In this document: in pieces, positions 36,501 through 46,100 of the stretch
Position numbering within the stretch: position 1 is the stretch's first letter
How the letters are laid out: each line of letters starts with the position of its first letter
The notes under the pieces: model-generated
Databases searched by the model: none
Seen by the model: only the letters and a program-made list of their open reading frames with translations
What the model was told of the DNA's origin: nothing
Assembly (NCBI GenBank): GCA_009995455.1
Contig: JAACPJ010000001.1
Span: 150,991-214,990, forward strand
Length of the DNA stretch: 64,000 nt
Direction of reading: 5' to 3'
Source: a bacterium
Lineage (GTDB): Bacteria > Patescibacteriota > Gracilibacteria > UBA4473
Position numbers and translations under genes: made by a program

Positions 36501-39500
36501 TCATACCTCACTACTACCAAAATTCTGCCAATACTCAATCTCTTTGCGGTCGTCTTCGCTTAAACCGTTAACGTCAATTAGTGGGAATTCTAAATTTAAA
36601 ACGGCTCGATTGGCTTCTTTTAATTCGGCAATCACGGTGGCACGATCTTCGGCCGTTACTTTTAAAGTCCGTCCGCCCAATTTGCCGCTTGGTTCGGGCG
36701 TTAAAAATTCAATCGCGCATTCCGATACTTGCCAATTAACCCCCGGGGATTGTTTCGCTAAAATATCGTAAAAAACAAGCTGTCGCCACAGCGCCTCGCC
36801 GGGTTTCACTGGTTTTGGCTTCCCTGATTTGTAATCAACAATGGTGGCGGTGTGCTTTTTTGGGTCGTTAAACACAATCTTATCCATTTTACCGGTAATA
36901 CTGATCCCTTCTACTTGCGGATTAAAGTGTCCAAAATCGTATTCAAGTTCAAACCCAAACGGATAATCTTGTGCAAAATTAAGTAGTTTTTCTTGGTAAT
37001 AATGAGTGAGAATTTCTTTCCCGTGATCGAGCCATTTTTCAAGCTCATCGGCTTTAATATTGTGGCCTCTTAAGGCTGATTCGTATTCTTGAAGCATTGA
37101 ATCAAGCGAGACTTTTTGATTTTTCTCCAGCGCGTAAAAAGAGCGTTCCAGTGCTTGATGCAGTGAAGTGCCCAGCGCCATATGGGGCAGCGGGCGTCGT
37201 GGGAATTTATAGAGTCGTTGGTACAAAAACTGACGTGGGCAATCCAGGTAAGTTTGCAAACTAGAGACCGACCAACGAAAGTTTTTCACTCGGTCTTGTA
37301 AAATTGAACGTTCGGCCGCGGTTAAGGTTTTTTCGGCTTGTTGATAAAAAACCGGCAACAGCGATTGTAGTTGTACTTCTAGCGCACTACTTTCGGTTTT
37401 TTCGCTTAAGTTCTCTGGGATTTCATGCCAAAAAATTGAAGGCGTTTTATCGCGGCCACTAAAGTCACTGGCCGCGTAACTGAGATAAATTTGTGATTTA
37501 GCTCGCGTTAACGCCACAAAAAAGAGACGACGTTCTTCTTCATTTTCATCAAATTCTTGCGTGTTTAGTTGTGGTAAAGCCATGCCGCCTTTGCTGCGGG
37601 GGTTGCCCCAAGCTTTATCTTCAAGCCCGGGAATAAGCACCACTTCAAACTCTAACCCTTTAGATTTATGCGCAGTCATCAGCTGCACGGCGTGGGCGTT
37701 TTGCGGGACTTTATCAGGGAAAACGGGAATATTTAATTCTTGGTGCAAACCCACTAAATTTAAAATTTCGTTAAGTTCTTGGTTAAAGCTGATTTTTTTT
37801 CGAAAATTTTCGGTGTGGGTTTGTTCGCGAATCCAGGCAATAAACTTTCGAATCGCTTGCCAGTCTTCCAAGCGGTTGTGCGTAGTTAAAAAGGGCGCTA
37901 AGCCAGATTCATACAAAAACTTCTCGGCCATGACGGCCGCTCGGGTATGGCTGTAATCACGACGTGCGGTGATAAAATACTGAAAAAACTGATTTAATTT
38001 TTCGCTCGTGCTCGGTTGATCAAGCAAGGTTTGGCTCATAGATTTTCCTGATTCTCGATTTAAAGAAAGCTGCAATAAGGCTTCGGGTTCAATACTTAAA
38101 AAATCACAATGGAGTAGTTCGAATATTTTTTCGTCGTCTTTCACGTCAGCAAAAACCCGCAGCATTAACAGCAGTTGCCCTACCGCCTCGTTGGTGAAAA
38201 TATTTTGCGCTACTAAGGCCGAAACCGGAATATCAAACTTTGGTAACTCGCGGGCGAGTTCAGCAATTTCACGATTTTTTCGCACTAACACCGCAATCTC
38301 GCCACCTGGGATTCCAGCCTTTAAATGGCCTTTAATGGTGTCAGCGAGAAAAGCAATTTCGGCCAATCGGCCAGACAGTTCGGCCTGCACAATCCGCCCT
38401 GGGTTTTCACTGGTAAAGCCTGTTTTTTGCGCGGTTAAATGTTTGTCTTGATTCGCGCGTTCTTGGTTGTGCGAAACGCTGTTGTAAGCCGCATCTAATA
38501 CGTTTTGGTGCGAGCGGTAATTTTCGGTCAGCGTGATTTCGAGGTGGGTTGGGAACTGGGTTCTAAAATCGGTAATATTGGCCACACTGGCGCCTTGAAA
38601 CCGGTAAATTGATTGGTCGTCATCTCCTACGGCAAAAATATTGGGCGCTTCAATGCCTTCGGTTAACTGCCATAAAATCGCGTTTTGCGAGGCATTTGTA
38701 TCTTGATATTCATCCACCAACAAATACTGGAATCGTTCTTGTAGATCGAGTCTTAAATTCTCGTTTTGCTTAATTTCGGCCACCACCCAATTAATCAAAT
38801 CATCAAAATCATATAAACCGCGCTTGGTCATTTCGGCGGTGTACGCTTCCCACAGCTCGGCCAGTTCTTCCATTTTTGCCACTTTATCTTCAATTTTGGC
38901 TTTGGCTTGGGGTTTCCAGTCACCGGGCATAAATTCTTTAAATTTTCGTTTATAAAAATTTTCTGGATCTTGTTCCAAACGCTCTTTTTCCGCCGGAATT
39001 AAATCTCTTAAAGTTTGCGGAGTTAAATTCTCACGTTTTAAATCACTCACCGCGCTTAAAAAATCGTATTGATGCACAAAGTCATCCCAGACGCTGCTAA
39101 AATACGTCCATTTTTTTTGTTTTATCACGGTTCTAAAAACGAGGGCTTTTTGCAAATCGTCCCCAATTTCTCGTTCGCCAATTAAAGGGTAAAAAACGTG
39201 TGGATTGTCATCCATCACCCACTGACAAAACCCATGAAAAGTCATAATTTTTACTTGGTAAGCCGCTTCGCCAATCCAAGTTTGCAGCCGGTTCCGCATT
39301 TCGACCGCGGCACTTTCGGTAAAGGTTAGACACAAAATATTTTGTGGATTCGCACCAATACCAGAGTTTAAAATATGAGCCACTCGCGTCGTTAACATAT
39401 GAGTTTTCCCTGTTCCCGGTCCGGCCAGTACGAGCACTGGCCCATACAGTTGTTCCACGGCTTGACGTTGCGCAGGGTTTAAAGTACTAATAATTTGATT

Positions 39501-39515
39501 TAAATCTTTTATCAT
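36501..39515 (-). CDS. UvrD/PcrA-family SF1 helicase fused to a C-terminal PD-(D/E)XK (AddB/Cas4-like) nuclease domain
   Basis: LNPAQRQAVEQLYGPVLVLAGPGTGKTH, LLVDEYQDTN, TAHKSKGLEFEVV, VALTRAK. C-terminus YLDCPRQFLYQ...GKMDKIVF...IVDYKSGK. Confidence 0.85.
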   Translation of the reverse strand: MIKDLNQIISTLNPAQRQAVEQLYGPVLVLAGPGTGKTHMLTTRVAHILNSGIGANPQNILCLTFTESAAVEMRNRLQTWIGEAAYQVKIMTFHGFCQWVMDDNPHVFYPLIGEREIGDDLQKALVFRTVIKQKKWTYFSSVWDDFVHQYDFLSAVSDLKRENLTPQTLRDLIPAEKERLEQDPENFYKRKFKEFMPGDWKPQAKAKIEDKVAKMEELAELWEAYTAEMTKRGLYDFDDLINWVVAEIKQNENLRLDLQERFQYLLVDEYQDTNASQNAILWQLTEGIEAPNIFAVGDDDQSIYRFQGASVANITDFRTQFPTHLEITLTENYRSHQNVLDAAYNSVSHNQERANQDKHLTAQKTGFTSENPGRIVQAELSGRLAEIAFLADTIKGHLKAGIPGGEIAVLVRKNREIAELARELPKFDIPVSALVAQNIFTNEAVGQLLLMLRVFADVKDDEKIFELLHCDFLSIEPEALLQLSLNRESGKSMSQTLLDQPSTSEKLNQFFQYFITARRDYSHTRAAVMAEKFLYESGLAPFLTTHNRLEDWQAIRKFIAWIREQTHTENFRKKISFNQELNEILNLVGLHQELNIPVFPDKVPQNAHAVQLMTAHKSKGLEFEVVLIPGLEDKAWGNPRSKGGMALPQLNTQEFDENEEERRLFFVALTRAKSQIYLSYAASDFSGRDKTPSIFWHEIPENLSEKTESSALEVQLQSLLPVFYQQAEKTLTAAERSILQDRVKNFRWSVSSLQTYLDCPRQFLYQRLYKFPRRPLPHMALGTSLHQALERSFYALEKNQKVSLDSMLQEYESALRGHNIKADELEKWLDHGKEILTHYYQEKLLNFAQDYPFGFELEYDFGHFNPQVEGISITGKMDKIVFNDPKKHTATIVDYKSGKPKPVKPGEALWRQLVFYDILAKQSPGVNWQVSECAIEFLTPEPSGKLGGRTLKVTAEDRATVIAELKEANRAVLNLEFPLIDVNGLSEDDRKEIEYWQNFGSSEV

Positions 39516-40005
39516 GCAGAAATTCTGGCTTTTAGTAACGGTAATTTATTTAGTCGGTTGTTCTACTCCAGAGGTTAATACAACCGAGGAAAACACACAA
39601 ACAGTGAACGTTGATTTAACGCAAAATCAAGAACCAGACTTGGTGGTTGAAGCCCCTATGACGGAGCCCTTAAAAATTAATGACCAAGAGTTTTTTGTGG
39701 AAATTGCCGATACACGTGAAGAACGGGAACTAGGTCTTATGAACCGTGAATTTATGCCAGAAAACATGGGTATGATTTTTGAATTTCCAAATACCGCCCC
39801 ACGAAATTTTTGGATGAAAAATACCTTGATTCCGCTCGATATGATCTGGCTGGATGAAAACAAAACCATTGTCGATATTCAAGCGGCCGAACCTTGCACG
39901 ACCGAAGAATGTGCGGTTTACAGCGGAAAGGCACCCGCGATGTATGTTTTAGAACTTAATAAAGGCGTATTAAAGGCGTCAGTTGGAGACCGGGTAGAGT
40001 TTTAA
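39514..40005 (+). CDS. DUF192-family lipoprotein
   Basis: Lipobox VIYLVGCS. DUF192 core ADTREERELGLMNREFMPENMGMIFEF...FWMKNTLIPLDMIWLD...YVLELNKG. Confidence 0.7.
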   Translation: MQKFWLLVTVIYLVGCSTPEVNTTEENTQTVNVDLTQNQEPDLVVEAPMTEPLKINDQEFFVEIADTREERELGLMNREFMPENMGMIFEFPNTAPRNFWMKNTLIPLDMIWLDENKTIVDIQAAEPCTTEECAVYSGKAPAMYVLELNKGVLKASVGDRVEF

Positions 40006-42950
40006 AAAGCGGTTTCAATTTTTAAGTCGGGTAAACCGAGTTCTTCCAAGGCGTCCAAATCTTCTTGGCTGCGTGCCACAATAATAACGCCTTCTTTTTG
40101 GCAGTGTTGCATGACGGTTTCAAAACTTACAAAAACAGGTTCGGTTTGAACAAATAAGCCAATATCCGCTTTCTGCCACATCGAAATTAAGGTTCGAATA
40201 AAGTTGCAGTTCTCGGCTTCACCGTGAGTGAATGTGAACTCGGACGCTGCTGTAGGAGAGGTAATTTGAACAAACTGTGACTGCTCTTCTGGGCTCAGTA
40301 AATCCCAAGCTTCTAAGGCTATTTTAGTCATGCGCTCAGAAAAGGCTCCCACACTTGAACGATGCGCTAAATCGTCAATTTTTTGACCTTGTTTTAGGGT
40401 TTGCCAAAGTCGTAATACGGCATATTTCTGCCAACGGGCATCGTTTAGAATCAAGTCATAATCGACTTGGGATTTAGCGGCATCAAAATGCTTTTCTTCT
40501 CGAAAAAATGCGTTTTGATAAACCGTTAACCCCGCATCAGCAAAATCGGCCCAACTGCCATCCCATACAAAACCGCGTCCGTTAGCAATAGATTTAATTC
40601 TACCTTTTTCGTTATTAAGTCGATTGACTAAATTTAAGTACGAACTTTTAGATTCTTTACTTGATTTAGCGCGTTTTCTTTCCGTCTTGAATGAAAAATG
40701 ACTGGCATCATTCGGGCGATCTTTTTTGCCCGCTACTAAAGGTGACTTATCGGGTGGAAGAGTGATAATCCCCATCATGCAAACCGTTCCAATCGCCCAT
40801 CTCGCGGCTTCATTTTGCCAAGATTCTGGGGTATTATCTTCAAATTTAAGTTCAAAAATTTCACTTGGACCTTCGGCCTCACGATTAATTTTTATCTGGA
40901 ATTTAATTCCAACATCTTTGATATCAAATTCAATATGATCCAGGACTACGTTTCGGTCTTTTTGGCTTTCCAGCAAACCTTTAACAAAGGTGGCTTTAAT
41001 GCCGGCCTTGGCCAGTTGGGCGGTTAAATGTTTCATTTTAGGAATAAAAGCACTCGCCACACAGGTTTTGTCCCACGAGTATAAAGGCAATTCGAGACCC
41101 TTTGGGCCTCTATGAACCCCTTGTTGATATTCTTCCCAGGGTTTAAAGCTAATGGCTTCGCGGCAAGCTTTTCCTTTCGCTTTTCTAAATTCGTTGGCCT
41201 GTCTCCACTCAGAAATTTCGCGTCGAATCTTTTCTCTTTTCTCTAGAGCCGAATCTTTTTCCTGTTTCGCAATTGCCCATGAAACCAGCAATGCCATTAA
41301 CTCATCATCTAAATCGGGCGAAAGTGCTTTAAAGGTTGGATGCACAATTTTTAAAGTCACAGCATCAACGGTGAAAGTCTCTAAGCAATTAAAAACTTTT
41401 GTGCCCGTCCGCGGTGCAAAAGTAATCAAATCTCCCTCAAGTTGAATTGAGGCAAAAATTTCCTCGAATTTATCAATATACTCAATCAGCTGTTCGGCTA
41501 AATGCGTTTGCCAATCAAGTTCATTGGCAAGATCCATCGCTTCTACACACGGCTGACATTTTGTAAGTGGGGTTCTTAAATTGTCAGGTAGAACTGGTTC
41601 AAATTCTTGAATAACAGAAGTCTGAATTTCAGTGGCGACTTGTGGCGCTGGATTAATAACTTTTCTGGTTTCGCACCAAAATTCTTCTGGTACACCGCTG
41701 GTGCTATTGGCATTTGGAAAAGCGGTCGATCTATCGCATAAAAACCCCGACACTTGGTAGTCAAAATTTTGCGGTTTTTCAATAATAGCTTTTTGCAGTT
41801 CTTCCCAAGTGGCAAAACAATAAATGGTCGTGTTTTGCGTTTTTCGGCTTCTCGCAACCCCTCTAACTACCAAGTGTAAAAAAGTACCTGCAGGCCAAGG
41901 ACTGGTTGAAATTTCTAGTTGTCTTCCTCTGCATCTTGAATTAATACTTTGTGGTGGGGCGTATTTTACTTCTGGAGCTTTAATTATTGCTTGAACTTTT
42001 TCCCCCGTGAGTTGAGCCACTCCCTTTGGGGCTTGGATTTCTTTAGCTACTGGGGTGTTTATAAAACGTCTGTAAAACGATTTTGGAATTCCATCCCGGT
42101 ACTCCCACAGGGTTTCAACGGCTTGGAGTAACAATTGGTTTTCATCATTTAAAGCCGTTTGTTTCGTTTCAAAAAATATTTTCCAGAGCGGTAAAAATCG
42201 ATCAGCGGTTAGGGTGTCATCGAAACTTAATTTAGTGCAGACACGTAAAAATACAGCCACTTCCAGAGCGGTTAAAAGCGCTGATTTTAAGGCTTCATTT
42301 TCTTTTAATAAATCTGGTTTTAATAACGCCGGTGTGCACAGAACAATCCACTCAGGGTGAGTCTTAAATTGCTCTATTCCCTCATCACTACTTAAATAAT
42401 TCGTTAATTCTGCGTGTATGTCTTTTTCTAATTTATTAATAGAAGCCGCTTTTTGTACGCCTTTAAGCGGCGGGAAAAAGATTAAACGCTCACTAGAAGC
42501 ATTATGGTTAACAAAGTTCAAGCGGGCGGCGACAGCATTTTTAAGAATTAATTCAGTCGCTTTAGCATGGTTAACTAAAAGGCTTTGGTCATTTTTTTGC
42601 ACAGACTCTTTAACTTGTGCCTGCGCATAAAATTGATTTATGGAGGCCAATAATCGCATAAAAAAATCGTCTAAAGCCCCTTCCTCTAATGCGTAATCTG
42701 GCATCGCCTTAGCCTCAGTCAAATAGTACAAAACCTGGTTAATCGTAATCGATCTTGATTTGGCATAGGCGGCCTTAATACCCTCGGCAAATTCTTGCCC
42801 ATGTTCTATAACTATTTGTGCAATTTCAGTCGCATCCACTATGGCTTGGTGGGTTCGCTCGAAAGTTTCACCGTTATCGGCAAAAACCTGTTCTGCTAGT
42901 AAATTACTTTGGTAGGCTTCAGATTCTTTTAAGGCCAAGGTTCTTCTCAT
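40002..42950 (-). CDS. large hypothetical protein (982 aa, orphan)
   Basis: Uninterrupted 2.9-kb ORF. No signal peptide, TM helix or known catalytic motif recognised. Confidence 0.55.
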   Translation of the reverse strand: MRRTLALKESEAYQSNLLAEQVFADNGETFERTHQAIVDATEIAQIVIEHGQEFAEGIKAAYAKSRSITINQVLYYLTEAKAMPDYALEEGALDDFFMRLLASINQFYAQAQVKESVQKNDQSLLVNHAKATELILKNAVAARLNFVNHNASSERLIFFPPLKGVQKAASINKLEKDIHAELTNYLSSDEGIEQFKTHPEWIVLCTPALLKPDLLKENEALKSALLTALEVAVFLRVCTKLSFDDTLTADRFLPLWKIFFETKQTALNDENQLLLQAVETLWEYRDGIPKSFYRRFINTPVAKEIQAPKGVAQLTGEKVQAIIKAPEVKYAPPQSINSRCRGRQLEISTSPWPAGTFLHLVVRGVARSRKTQNTTIYCFATWEELQKAIIEKPQNFDYQVSGFLCDRSTAFPNANSTSGVPEEFWCETRKVINPAPQVATEIQTSVIQEFEPVLPDNLRTPLTKCQPCVEAMDLANELDWQTHLAEQLIEYIDKFEEIFASIQLEGDLITFAPRTGTKVFNCLETFTVDAVTLKIVHPTFKALSPDLDDELMALLVSWAIAKQEKDSALEKREKIRREISEWRQANEFRKAKGKACREAISFKPWEEYQQGVHRGPKGLELPLYSWDKTCVASAFIPKMKHLTAQLAKAGIKATFVKGLLESQKDRNVVLDHIEFDIKDVGIKFQIKINREAEGPSEIFELKFEDNTPESWQNEAARWAIGTVCMMGIITLPPDKSPLVAGKKDRPNDASHFSFKTERKRAKSSKESKSSYLNLVNRLNNEKGRIKSIANGRGFVWDGSWADFADAGLTVYQNAFFREEKHFDAAKSQVDYDLILNDARWQKYAVLRLWQTLKQGQKIDDLAHRSSVGAFSERMTKIALEAWDLLSPEEQSQFVQITSPTAASEFTFTHGEAENCNFIRTLISMWQKADIGLFVQTEPVFVSFETVMQHCQKEGVIIVARSQEDLDALEELGLPDLKIETAF

Positions 42951-43055
42951 CTTTGCTAATTTAAATGTTTTTAAAAAAAATCAAATTCTAATTTGTAGAA
43001 TTTTTAGACAGAGGCGTTTTTTGACAAAAAGCTTTCTAGAGCTACTTTAAACACG

Positions 43056-43094
43056 ATGAAACACTTAATGGTCGTAGTCGAACTTTATTTCTAA
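43056..43094 (+). CDS. candidate valS leader peptide MKHLMVVVELYF (three consecutive Val codons)
   Basis: ATG AAA CAC TTA ATG GTC GTA GTC GAA CTT TAT TTC TAA. It starts about 7 nt after a possible TTGACA(43021)-16nt-TACTTT promoter, so the transcript may be leaderless. No SD. Confidence 0.35.
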   Translation: MKHLMVVVELYF

Positions 43095-43098
43095 ATTG

Positions 43099-43148
43099 AA
43101 GGCGAGACTTCGATGACTTTTATACTCGCCTTAAAGCGAGTTTTTTTT
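43099..43148 (+). promoter_or_regulatory. candidate transcription attenuator (antiterminator/terminator pair) upstream of valS
   Basis: AAGGCGAG (43099-43106) pairs perfectly with CTCGCCTT (43125-43132). Alternatively CTCGC (43125-43129) pairs with GCGAG (43136-43140), followed by T8 (43141-43148). The valS ATG is at 43163. Confidence 0.45.
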
Positions 43149-43162
43149 ACAATCTTTACACT

Positions 43163-46100
43163 ATGGAAAAAGCCTATAACCACCTGAATTCAGAAGCCGA
43201 TATTTATAAAGCTTGGGAAGAATCTGGCGCCATGCGCGCAGATGAAACGTCAAACAAGCCGCCCTTTACGATTCCTTTGCCGCCACCGAATGTAACGGGA
43301 GAATTGCATTTAGGGCACGCCGCTATGCTGGCGATTCAAGATATTTTGACGCGTTATAAAAAAATGCAGGGCCACGAAGTGTTGTGGTTACCAGGCACCG
43401 ATCACGCTGCTATTGCGACTGAAAATGTGGTGATCAAGCATCACGGTAAGCAGTCGCGTGAGGAGTGGCCGAGTCGGGAAGACTTTATGGTTGACGCTAA
43501 AGCTTTTGCCGATGAAAAACACGACAACATTGTGAATCAAATGAAGCGAATGGGATCGTGGCTTGATTGGAGCCGCGAAGCCTACACCTTCGACGAACCG
43601 CGAAATTTTGCCGTAAACCGAATTTTTAAAGATTTATATCAAGACGGATTAATTGAGCGTGGTTATCGCCTCATTAACTGGAGCGTGGGCGCGCAATCGG
43701 TACTATCTGATGACGAATTAGAATGGGACGAAGTCAAAGAACCTTTTTTCTATATCAAATGTGGAAAGTTTATTATGGGAACGGTTCGGCCAGAAACCAA
43801 ATGTGCTAACTCGCCATTAATCGTGCATCCAGATGAAGACTACGTGGAATTTGAAAATTCAGCAGGAGAAAATTTTATCGTGATCAAGCGTTTGTATGAC
43901 GACAAAGAAAAATTTTTCAAAACCCTTAATTTCTTAGACGCTGACGCGGATTATAAAGTTTTAAAAACCACGAAAGGTTCTGATTTAGTGGGCGAAAAAT
44001 TTAGCGCCGAAACCTATGCGGGAATGCGAGATTTTTACGTGATCGCTGACACGGTCATTGACCCAGAAAAAGGCTCTGGAGCTATGACCATTTCAGCGTC
44101 CCATTCAGCCGATGATTACAATTTAGCTAAACGTTGGGAGAAGTCCCCCTTGTCAAAGGGGGATTTAGGGGGATTTATGCCGCCGAAAGATTGGTTTATT
44201 CAAAAAATTGATTTTGCAGGGAACATGACCGAAGTGGCGGGCCCAGTGGCGGGCTTTTCAGTGAAAAAAGCACGGAACGTTTCGGGTAAATTACTAGAAG
44301 AAAAAGGGTTGCTGGTCGGGAAAGACATAAATTACGAACACCGAGTACCGCTTTGTTACCGGTCTAGTTGCGTGGTTGAACCGATGATTTCGCCGCAGTG
44401 GTTTATTATGGTGGAAAAAGAATACACCCACGCACTTGATGGAAAAACAACGTTGAAAAGGCAGATGCAAGCCGCCGTCCGTGGCTTTGAAAATGAAGAT
44501 CCAGCGGTTCAAATCATTCCGGAACGCTTCAACAAAGAATATTTTAGATGGATTGATAACCTGCAAGATTGGTGTATTTCACGCCAGATTTGGTGGGGAC
44601 ACCGAATCCCGGTTTGGTATGACGAACAGCAAAATATTCATTTAGCCGAAGAACAAGAAATCATCTTTGCGCGTCACGGTGAAAGTGTCGGCAATCGTGA
44701 TAGTAAGGTGCAAGGCGTGGATGATCCGCTCACCGATAAAGGCCGAGCGCACGCGCAAGAAATGATTGAGGTTTTAAAATCTGAAAATGTGGGCGTGATT
44801 GTAACGGGCACTTCGGCCAGAAATACCGAAACCGCCGATATTATTGCCAACGGTTTAGGCGTTAAAGTGGTGCATATTGAAGAACTAAGTTCTTATGATA
44901 CGAAAGACGTAGCCGGTATGAGCATTGATGATATTGGTCGAGTGGCCGCCATAAAATACTGTAAAGAAAACGGGAAAGGGGAAGATTTTGACGTCTTCGT
45001 TGAACGTTTAAGAATTGGTTTAGAGAAATTAAAGGCCGTGCGATCAAAGGGAAAAATTGTGTTTGTCACCAATCGTTCTATTTACTCGGTACTGCAAGTG
45101 CTACGAGATGGTGGAGATACGTCTGATATTTTTGAAAAACGATCAAAAAATTCACATTTACCACACGGAGTTATTGATCGTTGGCCTATTTTCCAAGCGC
45201 CCGATTTGCCAAATTTAAGACAAGATGAAGATACGTTAGACACTTGGTTTAGTTCGGCCTTGTGGCCGTTCTCAACCCTTGGTTGGCCGAATAACGAGGC
45301 GCCCGATTTACAAAAATTTTACAACAACGCCGTTAATGGCCAAGGGACAGATGTTCTAGAAACTGGTTGGGATATTTTGTTTTTCTGGGTGGCGCGAATG
45401 ATTATGTTTGGCCGTTATGCCACCAATAAATTTCCGTTTCATACGGTTTATTTGCACGGTATGGTAACCGATGAACACGGTAAAAAAATGTCGAAATCAA
45501 AAGGGAATGGGATCAATCCCATTGATATGATTGAAGAATACGGAGCCGATCCGGTTCGTTTGGCTTTGGTGATTGGTTCTACGCCAGGGCAAAAAATTCC
45601 GATTGGCCCCAATAAAATTAAAGGCTACCGAAACTTTGTAAATAAAATGTGGAACGCCACCCGATTTGTGGGCCTGCAATCAGCTGACTCTGAAACAGGA
45701 GCGTATGAAAGATCGGTTCCGACTCAGCCGTCAGCAGACAATTTAAGTCTTACCGATCAATGGATTTTATCTAGACTTAGCACCGTTTGCGCCGAAGTTA
45801 AATCGTCGCTTGAAGCGTATGATATTTCAACCGCTGGAGACAAGATTTATCACTTTGTTTGGGGTGAGTTTTGTGATTGGTATTTAGAAGCCGCTAAAGT
45901 GGAACCAAACATTGATGTACTGAGGTATGTGTTAGCCGAGATTTTAAAACTAACCCACCCGCTGTGTCCGTTTATCACGCAGCAATGTTGGCAAGAACTG
46001 TTTTCAGACAGCCTGATTATTGAGGAATCATTTCCAAGTTTAAGTCTTGAAAATCCAGAAGCGGTTAAGCAATTCACAACCGTTCAAAATATTGTGGGGG

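Noticed and set aside
42951-43162. T-box riboswitch upstream of valS
   Set aside because: aaRS genes in many monoderms are T-box regulated. However, the region is only ~210 nt, and I find no T-box consensus (AAnnnGGGTGGTACCGCG-like) or specifier-loop architecture. The short Val-rich ORF with alternative hairpins fits better.
44650-45214. Intein or mobile-element insertion in valS
   Set aside because: There is no Cys/Ser/Thr at a plausible N-extein junction, no terminal His-Asn, and no homing-endonuclease motifs. The insert carries ordered histidine-phosphatase motifs and is continuous in frame.
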